In this document: in pieces, positions 40,110 to 48,342 of the stretch | Numbering within the stretch: the stretch's first letter is position 1 | Layout of the letters: each line of letters starts with the position of its first letter | Assembly: GCA_964458605.1 (NCBI GenBank) | Contig: CAYWLS010000009.1 | Location: 21,005-85,004, forward strand | Source of the DNA: an uncultured Hyphomicrobiales bacterium | GTDB taxonomy: Bacteria > Pseudomonadota > Alphaproteobacteria > Reyranellales > JAQSWP01 | Length of the DNA: 64,000 bases | Reading direction: 5' to 3' | Made by a program: the position numbers and the translations under genes | The notes under the pieces: generated by a model | Databases searched by the model: none | Seen by the model: the letters and a program-made list of their open reading frames with translations, nothing else | What the model was told of the DNA's origin: nothing

Positions 40110-40565
40110 CTATTCCCTGTCGGGATCGGCGCCGCGCTCGCGCAGCATCGCCACGGCGCCGGCTTCCAGTTCGCGCAGCTCGGCGATCTGCGCCTGCAGA
40201 TCGGCCGCCTTGCGTTCCATGTCGACGACATGCTCGCGCGCGCGCTTCAGCGCGGCCTTCAGTTGCGACACCCGGCTGCGGTCGGTCTCGTACAGATCGA
40301 GCAGTTCCTTGATGTCGGCCAGGCTGAAGCCCAGCCGCTTGCCGCGCAGGATCCAGCCCAACCGGAAACGGTCGGCGCGGCTATAGATGCGGTTGAGCCC
40401 CTGCCGCGTCGGCGCGATCAGGCCCTGGTCCTCGTAAAAGCGGATGGTGCGCGCCGTGACGTCGAACTCGCGTGCCAGATCGGCGATGCTGAAGCTCTGC
40501 CGGCGATCGTCGGCATCGTTCGGATCGACGCATTGCGGACGTACCGTGGTGGTCGCGCTGGGCAT
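40110..40565 (-). CDS. MerR-family transcriptional regulator, LiuR-like
   Basis: Helix-turn-helix FSIADLAREFDVTARTIRFYEDQGLI followed by a coiled-coil dimerisation helix. It lies upstream of, and on the same strand as, the ACAD-hydratase genes. Confidence 0.85.
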   Translation of the reverse strand: MPSATTTVRPQCVDPNDADDRRQSFSIADLAREFDVTARTIRFYEDQGLIAPTRQGLNRIYSRADRFRLGWILRGKRLGFSLADIKELLDLYETDRSRVSQLKAALKRAREHVVDMERKAADLQAQIAELRELEAGAVAMLRERGADPDRE

Positions 40566-40578
40566 GTCGTTTTTTTAC

Positions 40579-40600
40579 TTCACGTTTACGTAAACGTCAA
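40579..40600. promoter_or_regulatory. 22-bp near-palindromic operator candidate (site 1), overlapping a candidate promoter of the MerR gene
   Basis: TTCACGTTTACGTAAACGTCAA contains the perfect 16-bp palindrome ACGTTTACGTAAACGT. The minus strand reads TTGACG-N17-TAAAAA-N6-ATG of the regulator gene. Confidence 0.6.
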
Positions 40601-40681
40601 GCATGCTGGGGGCGACGAATTGCCGGCCGCCCTGCGGCCGTGGCACGCTAGACGCAAGAACAGGGCGTTACGGGAGGGGCA

Positions 40682-42274
40682 ATGTACGACTACATCATCA
40701 TCGGCGCTGGTTCGGCCGGCTGCACCCTGGCCAACCGCCTCACCGAAGACGCCGCCGCCAAAGTGCTGCTGCTGGAAGCCGGCAAGCCCGACAACCACCT
40801 GCTGCTGCGCATGCCGGCGGGCTTCGCCAGCCTGGGCGAGACCTCCCCGTTCAACTGGCGCTACGAGACCGAGCCGCAGAAGCACTGCGACAACCGGCGC
40901 ATGTACTGGCCGCGCGGCAAGACCTTGGGCGGATCGAGCTCGATCAACGCCATGCTCTATATCCGCGGCAACGCCTACGACTACGATCTGTGGCGCCAGC
41001 TCGGCAACGAGGGCTGGAGCTATCGCGAGGTGCTGCCCTATTTCATGAAGGCCGAGAACAACGAACGCGGCGCCTCCGAATTTCACGGCAGCGGCGGCCC
41101 GCTCAACGTCGCCGAACAGATTTCGCCGGCGCCGATCAGCAAGGCCTTCGTCGCCGCCGCCATCCAGTCGGGCCAGAAATCCGTGGCCGATTTCAACGGC
41201 GCCACGCAGGAAGGCTTCGGCCTCTACCAGGTGACGCAGAAGGACGCCAAACGCTGCAGCACCGCGGTCGGCTATCTGCGCCCTGCTCTGACGCGCCCCA
41301 ACCTGACCGCTATCACCGAGGCTTATACGCAGAAGATCCTGGTCGAGAACGGCCGCGCCGTCGGCGTGCGCTACGTCAAGGACGGCAAGGTCGAGGATGT
41401 GCGGGCGGAGCGCGAAGTGCTGTTGTGCGGCGGCGCCGTCAACTCGCCGCATGTGCTGCTGCTGTCGGGCATCGGGCCGGCCGACGAGCTGCGCCAGGTC
41501 GGCATCGACGTGGTGCACGACCTGCCCGGCGTCGGCCGCAACCTGCAGGACCATATCGACGCCGGCATCGTCCAGTTCTGCACCCAGCGCGCTACCTACG
41601 ACACCGCCAACAAGCTTGCTTCGCTGGCCAAATACCTGATCTGGAAGACCGGTCCTGGTACCTCGCCGATCGCCGAATCGGGCGGCTTCGTCAACACCCG
41701 GTCCGGCCTGGCGGCGCCGGACATCCAGTATCACTTCCTGCCGGCGATCGTGCTCGATCACGGCCGCACGCGGCTGGGCAAGAGCGGCTACACGCTGCAT
41801 GCCTGCCTGCTGCGGCCGGAGAGCAGCGGCCGCATCTTCCTGCGTTCGGCCGATCCCAAGGACTATCCGGCGATCGACCCCAACTACCTGGCCACGCGCA
41901 ACGACATGGATACGCTGATCGCCGGCGTGAAGATCGGTCGCGACATCCTGGCGCAAAAGGCGATGGATCCCTATCGCGGCGCGGAGCTGATGCCAGGCGA
42001 CGCGGCGCGCAGCGATGCCGAGATCGAGAAATGGATCCGCGCCAAGTGCGAGACCATCTATCACCCGGTCGGCACCTGCAAGATGGGCAGCGATCCGCTG
42101 GCGGTGGTCGATGCGCAGTTGCGGGTGCGCGGCATCGCGGGCCTGCGCGTGGTCGACGCCTCGGTCATGCCGACCCTGGTGGGCGGCAACACCAACGCCC
42201 CCACCATCATGATCGCCGAACGCGCCGCCGACATGATCAGGATGGCGGCCGGCACGCTCAAGCGGGCGGCCTAG
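40682..42274 (+). CDS. GMC-family flavin oxidoreductase (choline/alcohol dehydrogenase, AlkJ-like)
   Basis: N-terminal FAD motif YDYIIIGAGSAGCTLANRL. Also GKTLGGSSSINAM and the C-terminal HPVGTCKMG. Confidence 0.9.
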   Translation: MYDYIIIGAGSAGCTLANRLTEDAAAKVLLLEAGKPDNHLLLRMPAGFASLGETSPFNWRYETEPQKHCDNRRMYWPRGKTLGGSSSINAMLYIRGNAYDYDLWRQLGNEGWSYREVLPYFMKAENNERGASEFHGSGGPLNVAEQISPAPISKAFVAAAIQSGQKSVADFNGATQEGFGLYQVTQKDAKRCSTAVGYLRPALTRPNLTAITEAYTQKILVENGRAVGVRYVKDGKVEDVRAEREVLLCGGAVNSPHVLLLSGIGPADELRQVGIDVVHDLPGVGRNLQDHIDAGIVQFCTQRATYDTANKLASLAKYLIWKTGPGTSPIAESGGFVNTRSGLAAPDIQYHFLPAIVLDHGRTRLGKSGYTLHACLLRPESSGRIFLRSADPKDYPAIDPNYLATRNDMDTLIAGVKIGRDILAQKAMDPYRGAELMPGDAARSDAEIEKWIRAKCETIYHPVGTCKMGSDPLAVVDAQLRVRGIAGLRVVDASVMPTLVGGNTNAPTIMIAERAADMIRMAAGTLKRAA

Positions 42275-42276
42275 CG

Positions 42277-42552
42277 ATGGCCCTGGTCGACCAGATGGCG
42301 TTGGCGCGCGCCCGCCGCAACGCCGGCCGGCTGCTGCTGGGCATGGGTGTGCTGGCGCTGATCCTGGCGGTGCTGGCGGTGCTGTTCGGCGAACGGATCA
42401 AGCCGATGGGCGATGCCGGCGGCCTGTCGTTCTGGCAGTTGATCGCCATCTGCCTGCTGTTCATCGGCATCGTCGATGGCGGCATCGGCCTGTTCATGAC
42501 CCGCTCGGCGCAACGCGCGCTGGAAGCGCAGACGCCCGGTCCCAAGAGTTGA
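42277..42552 (+). CDS. Small membrane protein (91 aa, two predicted TM helices), unknown function
   Basis: The ATG lies 2 nt after the GMC stop. Hydrophobic segments are LLLGMGVLALILAVLAVLFG and FWQLIAICLLFIGIVDGGIGLFM. GC3 bias is typical of coding sequence. I recognise no homolog. Confidence 0.5.
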   Translation: MALVDQMALARARRNAGRLLLGMGVLALILAVLAVLFGERIKPMGDAGGLSFWQLIAICLLFIGIVDGGIGLFMTRSAQRALEAQTPGPKS

Positions 42553-42558
42553 GAAGCT

Positions 42559-44022
42559 CTACAGGCTGCGCCGCAGCATGAATTTCAGCAGCCGGTCCAT
42601 GCGCGGCCCGTAAGGCGGCCGCAGCAATCCGCCGAGATTGCGCTTGGACTGGTAGAACGTGCCCTTGGCGTGGCTGAAGGTGGCGAAGCCTTCCCAACCG
42701 TGATAGGCGCCGATGCCGCTCGGCCCCACGCCGCCGAACGGCAGATCCTCGGCCGCCACATGATAGAGCGTGTCGTTGATCGTGACGCCGCCTGAGGTAG
42801 TGCGTGCCAGCACGCGGTCGGTCAGGTTGGCATCGTCGCTGAACAGATAGAGCGCCAAGGGCCGGGGGTGGCGGTTGATGTAATCGATGGTCTCGTTGAG
42901 GTCGTCGTAGCCCTTGACCGGCAGCAGCGGCCCGAAGATCTCCTCCTGCATCACCGCCAGCCTATCGTCGGGATCGAGCAGCAGGGTGGGCGCGATCTTG
43001 CGCTGGTTGCTCAAGCTCTCCTCGCCGCTGGCGAGTTCGATCACCTCGACGCCCGACTGCCTCGCCTCCTCGGCCAGTCGCTGCAGGCGCTGGTAGTGCC
43101 GGTCCGACACGATGGCGGTGTAGTCCGGATTGGATGCCAGCGTGGGATAGAGCCTGGCCGTCGTGGCTCGCGCCTTGGCGACGAAATCCTGCTGCCTGGC
43201 ACGCGGCACGAACACGTAGTCCGGCGCGATGCAGGTCTGGCCGGCATTGAGCAGCTTGCCCGCGACGATGCTCTGCACCGCCTTGTCCAGCGGATAGTCC
43301 GGCGCGACGATGGCCGGCGACTTGCCGCCCAATTCCAGCGTCACCGGCACCAGGTTGGCCGCCGCCGCCTGCATCACCCGCCGCCCGATCGACGTCGAGC
43401 CGGTGAACAGCAGATGATCGAACTTCAGGCGGCTGAACGCCTCGCCGATCTCCGGTCCCCCGGTCGCCACGACGATCTCGCTGGGATCGAAAGTCTCGGC
43501 GACCATGCGCTTGAGCAGCGCCGAGCTGCGAGGCGTCAGTTCGGACGGCTTGAGCATGACGCGATTGCCGGCGCCGATCGCCGCTACCAGGGGCGACAGC
43601 GCCAGGTAGACCGGATAGTTCCAGGGCGAGATGATGCCCACCACGCCCAGCGGCTGGTAATGCACCCGCGCCTTGGCGAAGGTGAACTTGGTGCGGTCGA
43701 GCGGCCGCTTCTGCGGCCTCATCCAGCGCTTCAGGTGCTTGCGGGTGTGCCGCACCGTCTCCAGCGACGTCAGCACCTCGGCCAGCATGGTCTCGTGCGC
43801 CGAGCGGTTGCCGAAATCCTCGCCGACGGCGCGCACGATATCGTCGCGGAACTTCACGATCATGCGCTGCAGCTTGTCCAGCGCCGCGACGCGCAACTCG
43901 AGCCCGGGCGGGCCGGCGCGCAGGAACGCCTCGCGCTGGCGGGCCAGCAGCGCGTCCAGATCGGTGCCCGCGGGCGCGGCGGCCAGGGATGCGACGGCAG
44001 GCATGGAAGCAGCAGACGACAT
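42559..44022 (-). CDS. Aldehyde dehydrogenase (class-3 / coniferyl-aldehyde-DH-like, AlkH-like role)
   Basis: Starts MSSAASMPAV. Motifs LELGGKSP, FTGSTSIGRRV, catalytic-Cys region NAGQTCIAPDY and EEIFGPLLPV. Confidence 0.9.
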   Translation of the reverse strand: MSSAASMPAVASLAAAPAGTDLDALLARQREAFLRAGPPGLELRVAALDKLQRMIVKFRDDIVRAVGEDFGNRSAHETMLAEVLTSLETVRHTRKHLKRWMRPQKRPLDRTKFTFAKARVHYQPLGVVGIISPWNYPVYLALSPLVAAIGAGNRVMLKPSELTPRSSALLKRMVAETFDPSEIVVATGGPEIGEAFSRLKFDHLLFTGSTSIGRRVMQAAAANLVPVTLELGGKSPAIVAPDYPLDKAVQSIVAGKLLNAGQTCIAPDYVFVPRARQQDFVAKARATTARLYPTLASNPDYTAIVSDRHYQRLQRLAEEARQSGVEVIELASGEESLSNQRKIAPTLLLDPDDRLAVMQEEIFGPLLPVKGYDDLNETIDYINRHPRPLALYLFSDDANLTDRVLARTTSGGVTINDTLYHVAAEDLPFGGVGPSGIGAYHGWEGFATFSHAKGTFYQSKRNLGGLLRPPYGPRMDRLLKFMLRRSL

Positions 44023-44134
44023 GACGGATCCTCGGGTTTCCCGGCGGTCCTTGACCCGCCGGCAAGCGGCCACACATAGTAACTTAAAATGGCCGTCATG
44101 CAGCGGCCATCGGGGTTACGGGAGGCAGGGTCGA

Positions 44135-45853
44135 ATGTCGAACTATGTGTGGGAAAAGAGCTATCCGCCGGGCGTGACGTGGGAAATCGACATTCCGCGC
44201 CAGACCCTGCCGGAGGTGCTGGACGACAGCGCCGCCAAATACGGCGACCGGCCGCTGGTCGACTTCCTCGACAAGGTGATGAGCTTCGCCCAGATCAAGG
44301 CCCTGTCCGACCGGGCGGCGCTGGGCTTCCAGAAGCTGGGCGTCAAGCCGGGCTCGCATGTCGGCCTCTATCTGCCCAACACGCCGCACTACCTGATCGC
44401 CTTCTTCGGCATCCTCAAGGCCGGCGGCGTGGTGGTGAATTACAGCCCCCTCGACGCCGAGCGCGAGCTGGAACACAAGATCGAGGACAGCGAGACCGAC
44501 ATCCTGGTCACGCTCGATGTCGTCGCGCTCTATCCCAAGATCGCGCCCAAGCTCAAGACCACGCGGCTGAAGAAGCTGATCGTCGGCAGCATCGCCGACT
44601 ATTTGCCCTGGCCCAAGAACTGGCTCTATCCGATCGCCAAGAAGAAGGACATCGCAAGCTGGCCGCGCGATTCCCAGCACATGAGCTTCAAGGAACTGCT
44701 GGCCAATGACGGCAGCTACGCCAAGCCGCCCAAGCCGGCCGATCTGTGGGACGCCATCGCGCTGCTGCAATATACCGGCGGCACCACCGGCCTGCCCAAG
44801 GCCGCCATGCTGACCCATGGCTGCATCATGGCGGCGATGACGCAAGGCCAGGCCTGGACCCGGCCCTACACCAACCCGGGCACCGAAAAGGTCGTGTGCG
44901 TGCTGCCGCTATTCCATATCTACGCGCTGTCCGGCGTCATGCTGGGCGCGGTGCAGAACGGCAACCAGCTCATCCTCTATCCGCGGCCCGACATCGACCA
45001 GATCGTCAAGGACCTGGACAAGAAGAAGCCCACCTTCCTGCCCGGCGTGCCGACGCTCTACACCGCGATCAGCAACCACCCCAAGGCCAAGGAACTCGAT
45101 CTCAAATCGCTGAAGATCTGCCTGTCGGGCGGCGCGCCGCTGCCGGTCGAGGTGCAGCAGAAATTCGAGCAGCTCACGGGCGCCACCCTGATCGAGGGTT
45201 ACGGCCTGACCGAGACCTCGCCCACCGGCTGCCTGTGCCCGATCGACAAGAGCGTGCGCCGGCTGGGCTCGTGCGGCGTGCCGGTGCCCGGCACGGTGAT
45301 CGAGATCCGCGACCTCGACGACCCCACCAAGAAGCTGCCGATGGGCAAGGATCACATCGGCGAGGTCTGCATCATCGGCCCACAGGTCATGAAGGGCTAT
45401 TGGAAGAAGCCGGACGAGACCGCCCAGGTGCTGTTCCCTTCCGGCATCTCCAACTGGAGCCGGCTGCATACCGGCGACACTGGCTATATGGACCAGGACG
45501 GCTGGGTCTATCTGGTCGACCGCAAGAAGGACCTGATCATCTCCTCGGGCTTCAACGTCTATCCGCGCGTCATCGAAGAAGCCTGCTACGAGCACCCTGC
45601 CGTCGACGAGGTGATCTGCATCGGTATTCCCGACCAGTATCGCGGCGAGGCGCCCAAGGTGTTCATCAAGCTGAAGCCGGGCAAGACCTTGACCTTCGAC
45701 GAGCTGAAAAAGCATCTCGAGGGCAAGATCGGCAAGCACGAGATGCCGGTGGCGATGGAGATCCGCAACGAACTGCCCAAGACGCCGGTCGGCAAGCTGT
45801 CGAAGAAGGAGCTCAAAGCCGAGGAGCAGGCCAAGGCCCGGAGCGCGGCCTGA
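44135..45853 (+). CDS. Long-chain fatty-acid--CoA ligase (FadD/AlkK-like)
   Basis: GGGAGG Shine-Dalgarno. Starts MSNYVWEKSYPPGV. Motifs YTGGTTGLPKAAMLTH, EGYGLTETSP, HTGDTGYMDQDGW and PKTPVGKLSKKEL. Confidence 0.9.
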   Translation: MSNYVWEKSYPPGVTWEIDIPRQTLPEVLDDSAAKYGDRPLVDFLDKVMSFAQIKALSDRAALGFQKLGVKPGSHVGLYLPNTPHYLIAFFGILKAGGVVVNYSPLDAERELEHKIEDSETDILVTLDVVALYPKIAPKLKTTRLKKLIVGSIADYLPWPKNWLYPIAKKKDIASWPRDSQHMSFKELLANDGSYAKPPKPADLWDAIALLQYTGGTTGLPKAAMLTHGCIMAAMTQGQAWTRPYTNPGTEKVVCVLPLFHIYALSGVMLGAVQNGNQLILYPRPDIDQIVKDLDKKKPTFLPGVPTLYTAISNHPKAKELDLKSLKICLSGGAPLPVEVQQKFEQLTGATLIEGYGLTETSPTGCLCPIDKSVRRLGSCGVPVPGTVIEIRDLDDPTKKLPMGKDHIGEVCIIGPQVMKGYWKKPDETAQVLFPSGISNWSRLHTGDTGYMDQDGWVYLVDRKKDLIISSGFNVYPRVIEEACYEHPAVDEVICIGIPDQYRGEAPKVFIKLKPGKTLTFDELKKHLEGKIGKHEMPVAMEIRNELPKTPVGKLSKKELKAEEQAKARSAA

Positions 45854-46159
45854 CCGTCACGCGCTGGCGGGAGGTCACGTGGCTATTGCCTGTTTCGGTC
45901 TGCGGCCGCTGCAGCCGCAGCGGGAAACTGTCCAAGCGATGTGGACGACAGGTCGATGTGGAATCCGTCGCGCCCTGCTTTCGGCTTCAACGTTGTTGTC
46001 GTTGACGGGAACCGGCAACTGGGCCAATTTTAACGCCCGGCAGCGCCTGCCCTTGGCGATACCGATCGGGGTTTCTCAACTCTGACCTGGTGACAAGAAA
46101 GGTGAGTCTGATCTCCTGCCGGCGTAAGGCGCCATGGCAAGGAGGCGGAAATCGAACGC

Positions 46160-47179
46160 GTGTCTGTAAAGGATTCGATTTCCGCGGCGGACGATCACAA
46201 ACGCACGCTGCGTGGAATCGCCTTCGATCAGCAGGTCATCGTCGGCGTCTTGTTCGCCGTCATCTTCGTGGGATTTTCCCTGGCCCTGCCGGGGTTTTTC
46301 ACCATCGGCAATCTTTTCACGCTGATGCGCACGGTGGCCGTGCTCGGCATTCTCGGCCTGGGCATGGCGATCGTGGTGATCGGCCGCGGCATCGACCTGT
46401 CGATGATCGCCTCGCTGGCGGTGCCGTCGGCCGTGGTCCTGGCCGTTGCCGGGGCCGGCTACGGCGTCGGCGTTTCGCTGGCCGCCGGCCTGGCCTTCGC
46501 CGTGGTGATCGGCGTGATCAACGGCTTCCTGGTCGCCTATGCGGAAATCCCGCCGCTGTTCACCACCCTGGCGGTCGGCATCGGCGTCGCCGGCATCGGC
46601 CAGAGCGGCCTGTTCGAATACGAGATCGTGCCGTGGCCACCCAGCCTCAACGCCATCGCCTGGATCGGCCAGGGCACGATCGCGGGCATTCCCTACTCGG
46701 TGATCGCCTTCGGCGCGGCAGCGATCGTGGTCTGGATCCTGCTGCGACGGACGCGGCTGGGCATCTTCGTCTATTCGGTCGGCGACAATCTCAATGCGTC
46801 GCGCATCGCCGGCATCCCGGTGCGGCCGATGGTGGAGCTGCAATATATCCTGTCCTCCTGCATCGCCCTGTTCGCCGGACTGGTGCTGTCGGCGTCGTCC
46901 TCCAACATGGACACCCGCATCTTCAACCTGACCTGGATCTACGACGTGATCCTGGTGGTGGTGCTGGGCGGCATCGGCCTGTCGGGCGGGCGCGGCGGCG
47001 TGCTCAACGTGCTGCTGGGAACGTTGCTGATCGGCACCATCGTCAACGGCATGACCATTCTCGACATCTCCTTCGAGATGCAGAACTTCATCAAGGGAAT
47101 GGTTCTTCTGGCGGCGCTGTCGCTGGACAGCGTCATCAACCCACGCAACGAGGAAACCGCGCAGCAGGGAGACATCTGA
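46160..47179 (+). CDS. CUT2 (ribose-type) sugar ABC transporter permease
   Basis: GTG start, 339 aa, polytopic. Contains VIGRGIDLSMIAS and the conserved loop GLSGGRGGVLNVLLG. Confidence 0.85.
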   Translation: MSVKDSISAADDHKRTLRGIAFDQQVIVGVLFAVIFVGFSLALPGFFTIGNLFTLMRTVAVLGILGLGMAIVVIGRGIDLSMIASLAVPSAVVLAVAGAGYGVGVSLAAGLAFAVVIGVINGFLVAYAEIPPLFTTLAVGIGVAGIGQSGLFEYEIVPWPPSLNAIAWIGQGTIAGIPYSVIAFGAAAIVVWILLRRTRLGIFVYSVGDNLNASRIAGIPVRPMVELQYILSSCIALFAGLVLSASSSNMDTRIFNLTWIYDVILVVVLGGIGLSGGRGGVLNVLLGTLLIGTIVNGMTILDISFEMQNFIKGMVLLAALSLDSVINPRNEETAQQGDI

Positions 47180-47236
47180 GCGGCGCCGCGGCGCATTGTG
47201 CAATCGCAAGACATCAACAATCAGGAGGGAGAAAAC

Positions 47237-48247
47237 ATGAGGAAATTCGGTACGATAGCGGCTGCGGCGATGGCGCTGGCCTGGATGGTGGCCGGCGGCA
47301 TGGCGCATGCCCAGCAAAGCATGAACGATCCGGCCCGCGACGCCTATTACGACACCTTCAAGAATAAGAAGGTGGTGTTCGTTCCCGTCTTCATGGGCCT
47401 CGACCTCACCGAGGGCTGGTCGAAGATGATGGCCAAGCAGGCCGCCGCGCTGGGCTACAAATACGAGGTGCGCAACTCCAACTTCAACACCGCCGCCGGC
47501 GCCCAGACGCTGACCTCGCTGATCAGCGAGAAGCCCGACGTCATCGTCGTGCAGAATCCCGACGTCCAGTCCTATGCCCGTCTGCTGGCCGAGGCGCAAA
47601 AGGCCGGCATCCACGTCATCCAGCTCAACATGAAGACCAACACGCTGACCTACGGCTTCGTCGGCGCCGACGTGATCGAGATCGGCGAGCTGCAGGCCAA
47701 GGCGGTGGCCGCCAAGTGCGGCGCCGGCACCTCGGGCAAGGTGCTGATCCTCACCGGCCCGCCGACCAGCCCGTTCTCCGCCTATATGCTGAAGGGCTAT
47801 CAGAACATCCTGGACAAGGACAAGAACATCAAGGTGGTGTCGGTCCAATCGACCGGCGACTACGAATCGGCCAAGGCCAAGTCGATCACCCAGGTGGTGC
47901 TGCAGCAGAACCCCGATCTGTGCGGCGTGCTGGGCATCTGGGACAACACCGATGTCGGCACGGCTGCCGCCATCAAGGAGGCCGGCAAGAGCAACCAGGT
48001 GTTCGTGTCGAGCTCCGGCGGCGGCGGCGAGCTGGCCTGCAAGGGCATCCGCGAGGGCCTGTGGCAGCACTATGTCAGCTACGACGTGCCGGGCCAGGCG
48101 CGCGACCTGCAGAACCTGATCTCGGCGGCGCTGCAGGACAAGAACGCGATCGGCACCACCAAGAACATCCTCTACACGCCGCTTGTCGAATACACCAAGG
48201 ACAATATCGACAAGCAGTTCTGCTGGACCTTGGACACCATCCGCTAA
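47237..48247 (+). CDS. Sugar ABC transporter periplasmic binding protein (PBP1/LacI-type fold)
   Basis: GGAGGGAGAAAAC Shine-Dalgarno region. Signal peptide MRKFGTIAAAAMALAWMVAGGMAHAQQ. Alternating beta-alpha pattern (KKVVFVPVFMGLD ... DVIVVQNPD ... KVLILTG). Confidence 0.85.
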   Translation: MRKFGTIAAAAMALAWMVAGGMAHAQQSMNDPARDAYYDTFKNKKVVFVPVFMGLDLTEGWSKMMAKQAAALGYKYEVRNSNFNTAAGAQTLTSLISEKPDVIVVQNPDVQSYARLLAEAQKAGIHVIQLNMKTNTLTYGFVGADVIEIGELQAKAVAAKCGAGTSGKVLILTGPPTSPFSAYMLKGYQNILDKDKNIKVVSVQSTGDYESAKAKSITQVVLQQNPDLCGVLGIWDNTDVGTAAAIKEAGKSNQVFVSSSGGGGELACKGIREGLWQHYVSYDVPGQARDLQNLISAALQDKNAIGTTKNILYTPLVEYTKDNIDKQFCWTLDTIR

Positions 48248-48342
48248 CCACCGGACCCTATGGGGGCGCCGCATCGCCGGCGCCCCCTTCCCTTGCACGA
48301 AGACCGGCTTTGCGAAGTCCGTCGCCGCGAACGGCTGCATCA

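Noticed and set aside
40110-40565. A shorter version of the MerR regulator using a downstream start codon, which would avoid the missing Shine-Dalgarno.
   Set aside because: Reading the minus strand from 40565, there is no in-frame ATG, GTG or TTG between the first codon and the helix-turn-helix (FSIADLAREF...). The ATG at 40565 is kept and a leaderless transcript is proposed instead.
45900-45920. The hairpin CTGCGGC-cgctgca-GCCGCAG, about 47 nt downstream of the fadD-like gene, and a similar GC hairpin at 61335-61361 after the carboxylase alpha subunit gene.
   Set aside because: Both are GC-rich stems without a following U-tract. GC palindromes of this size are frequent in DNA of this composition, so they are not called as terminators.
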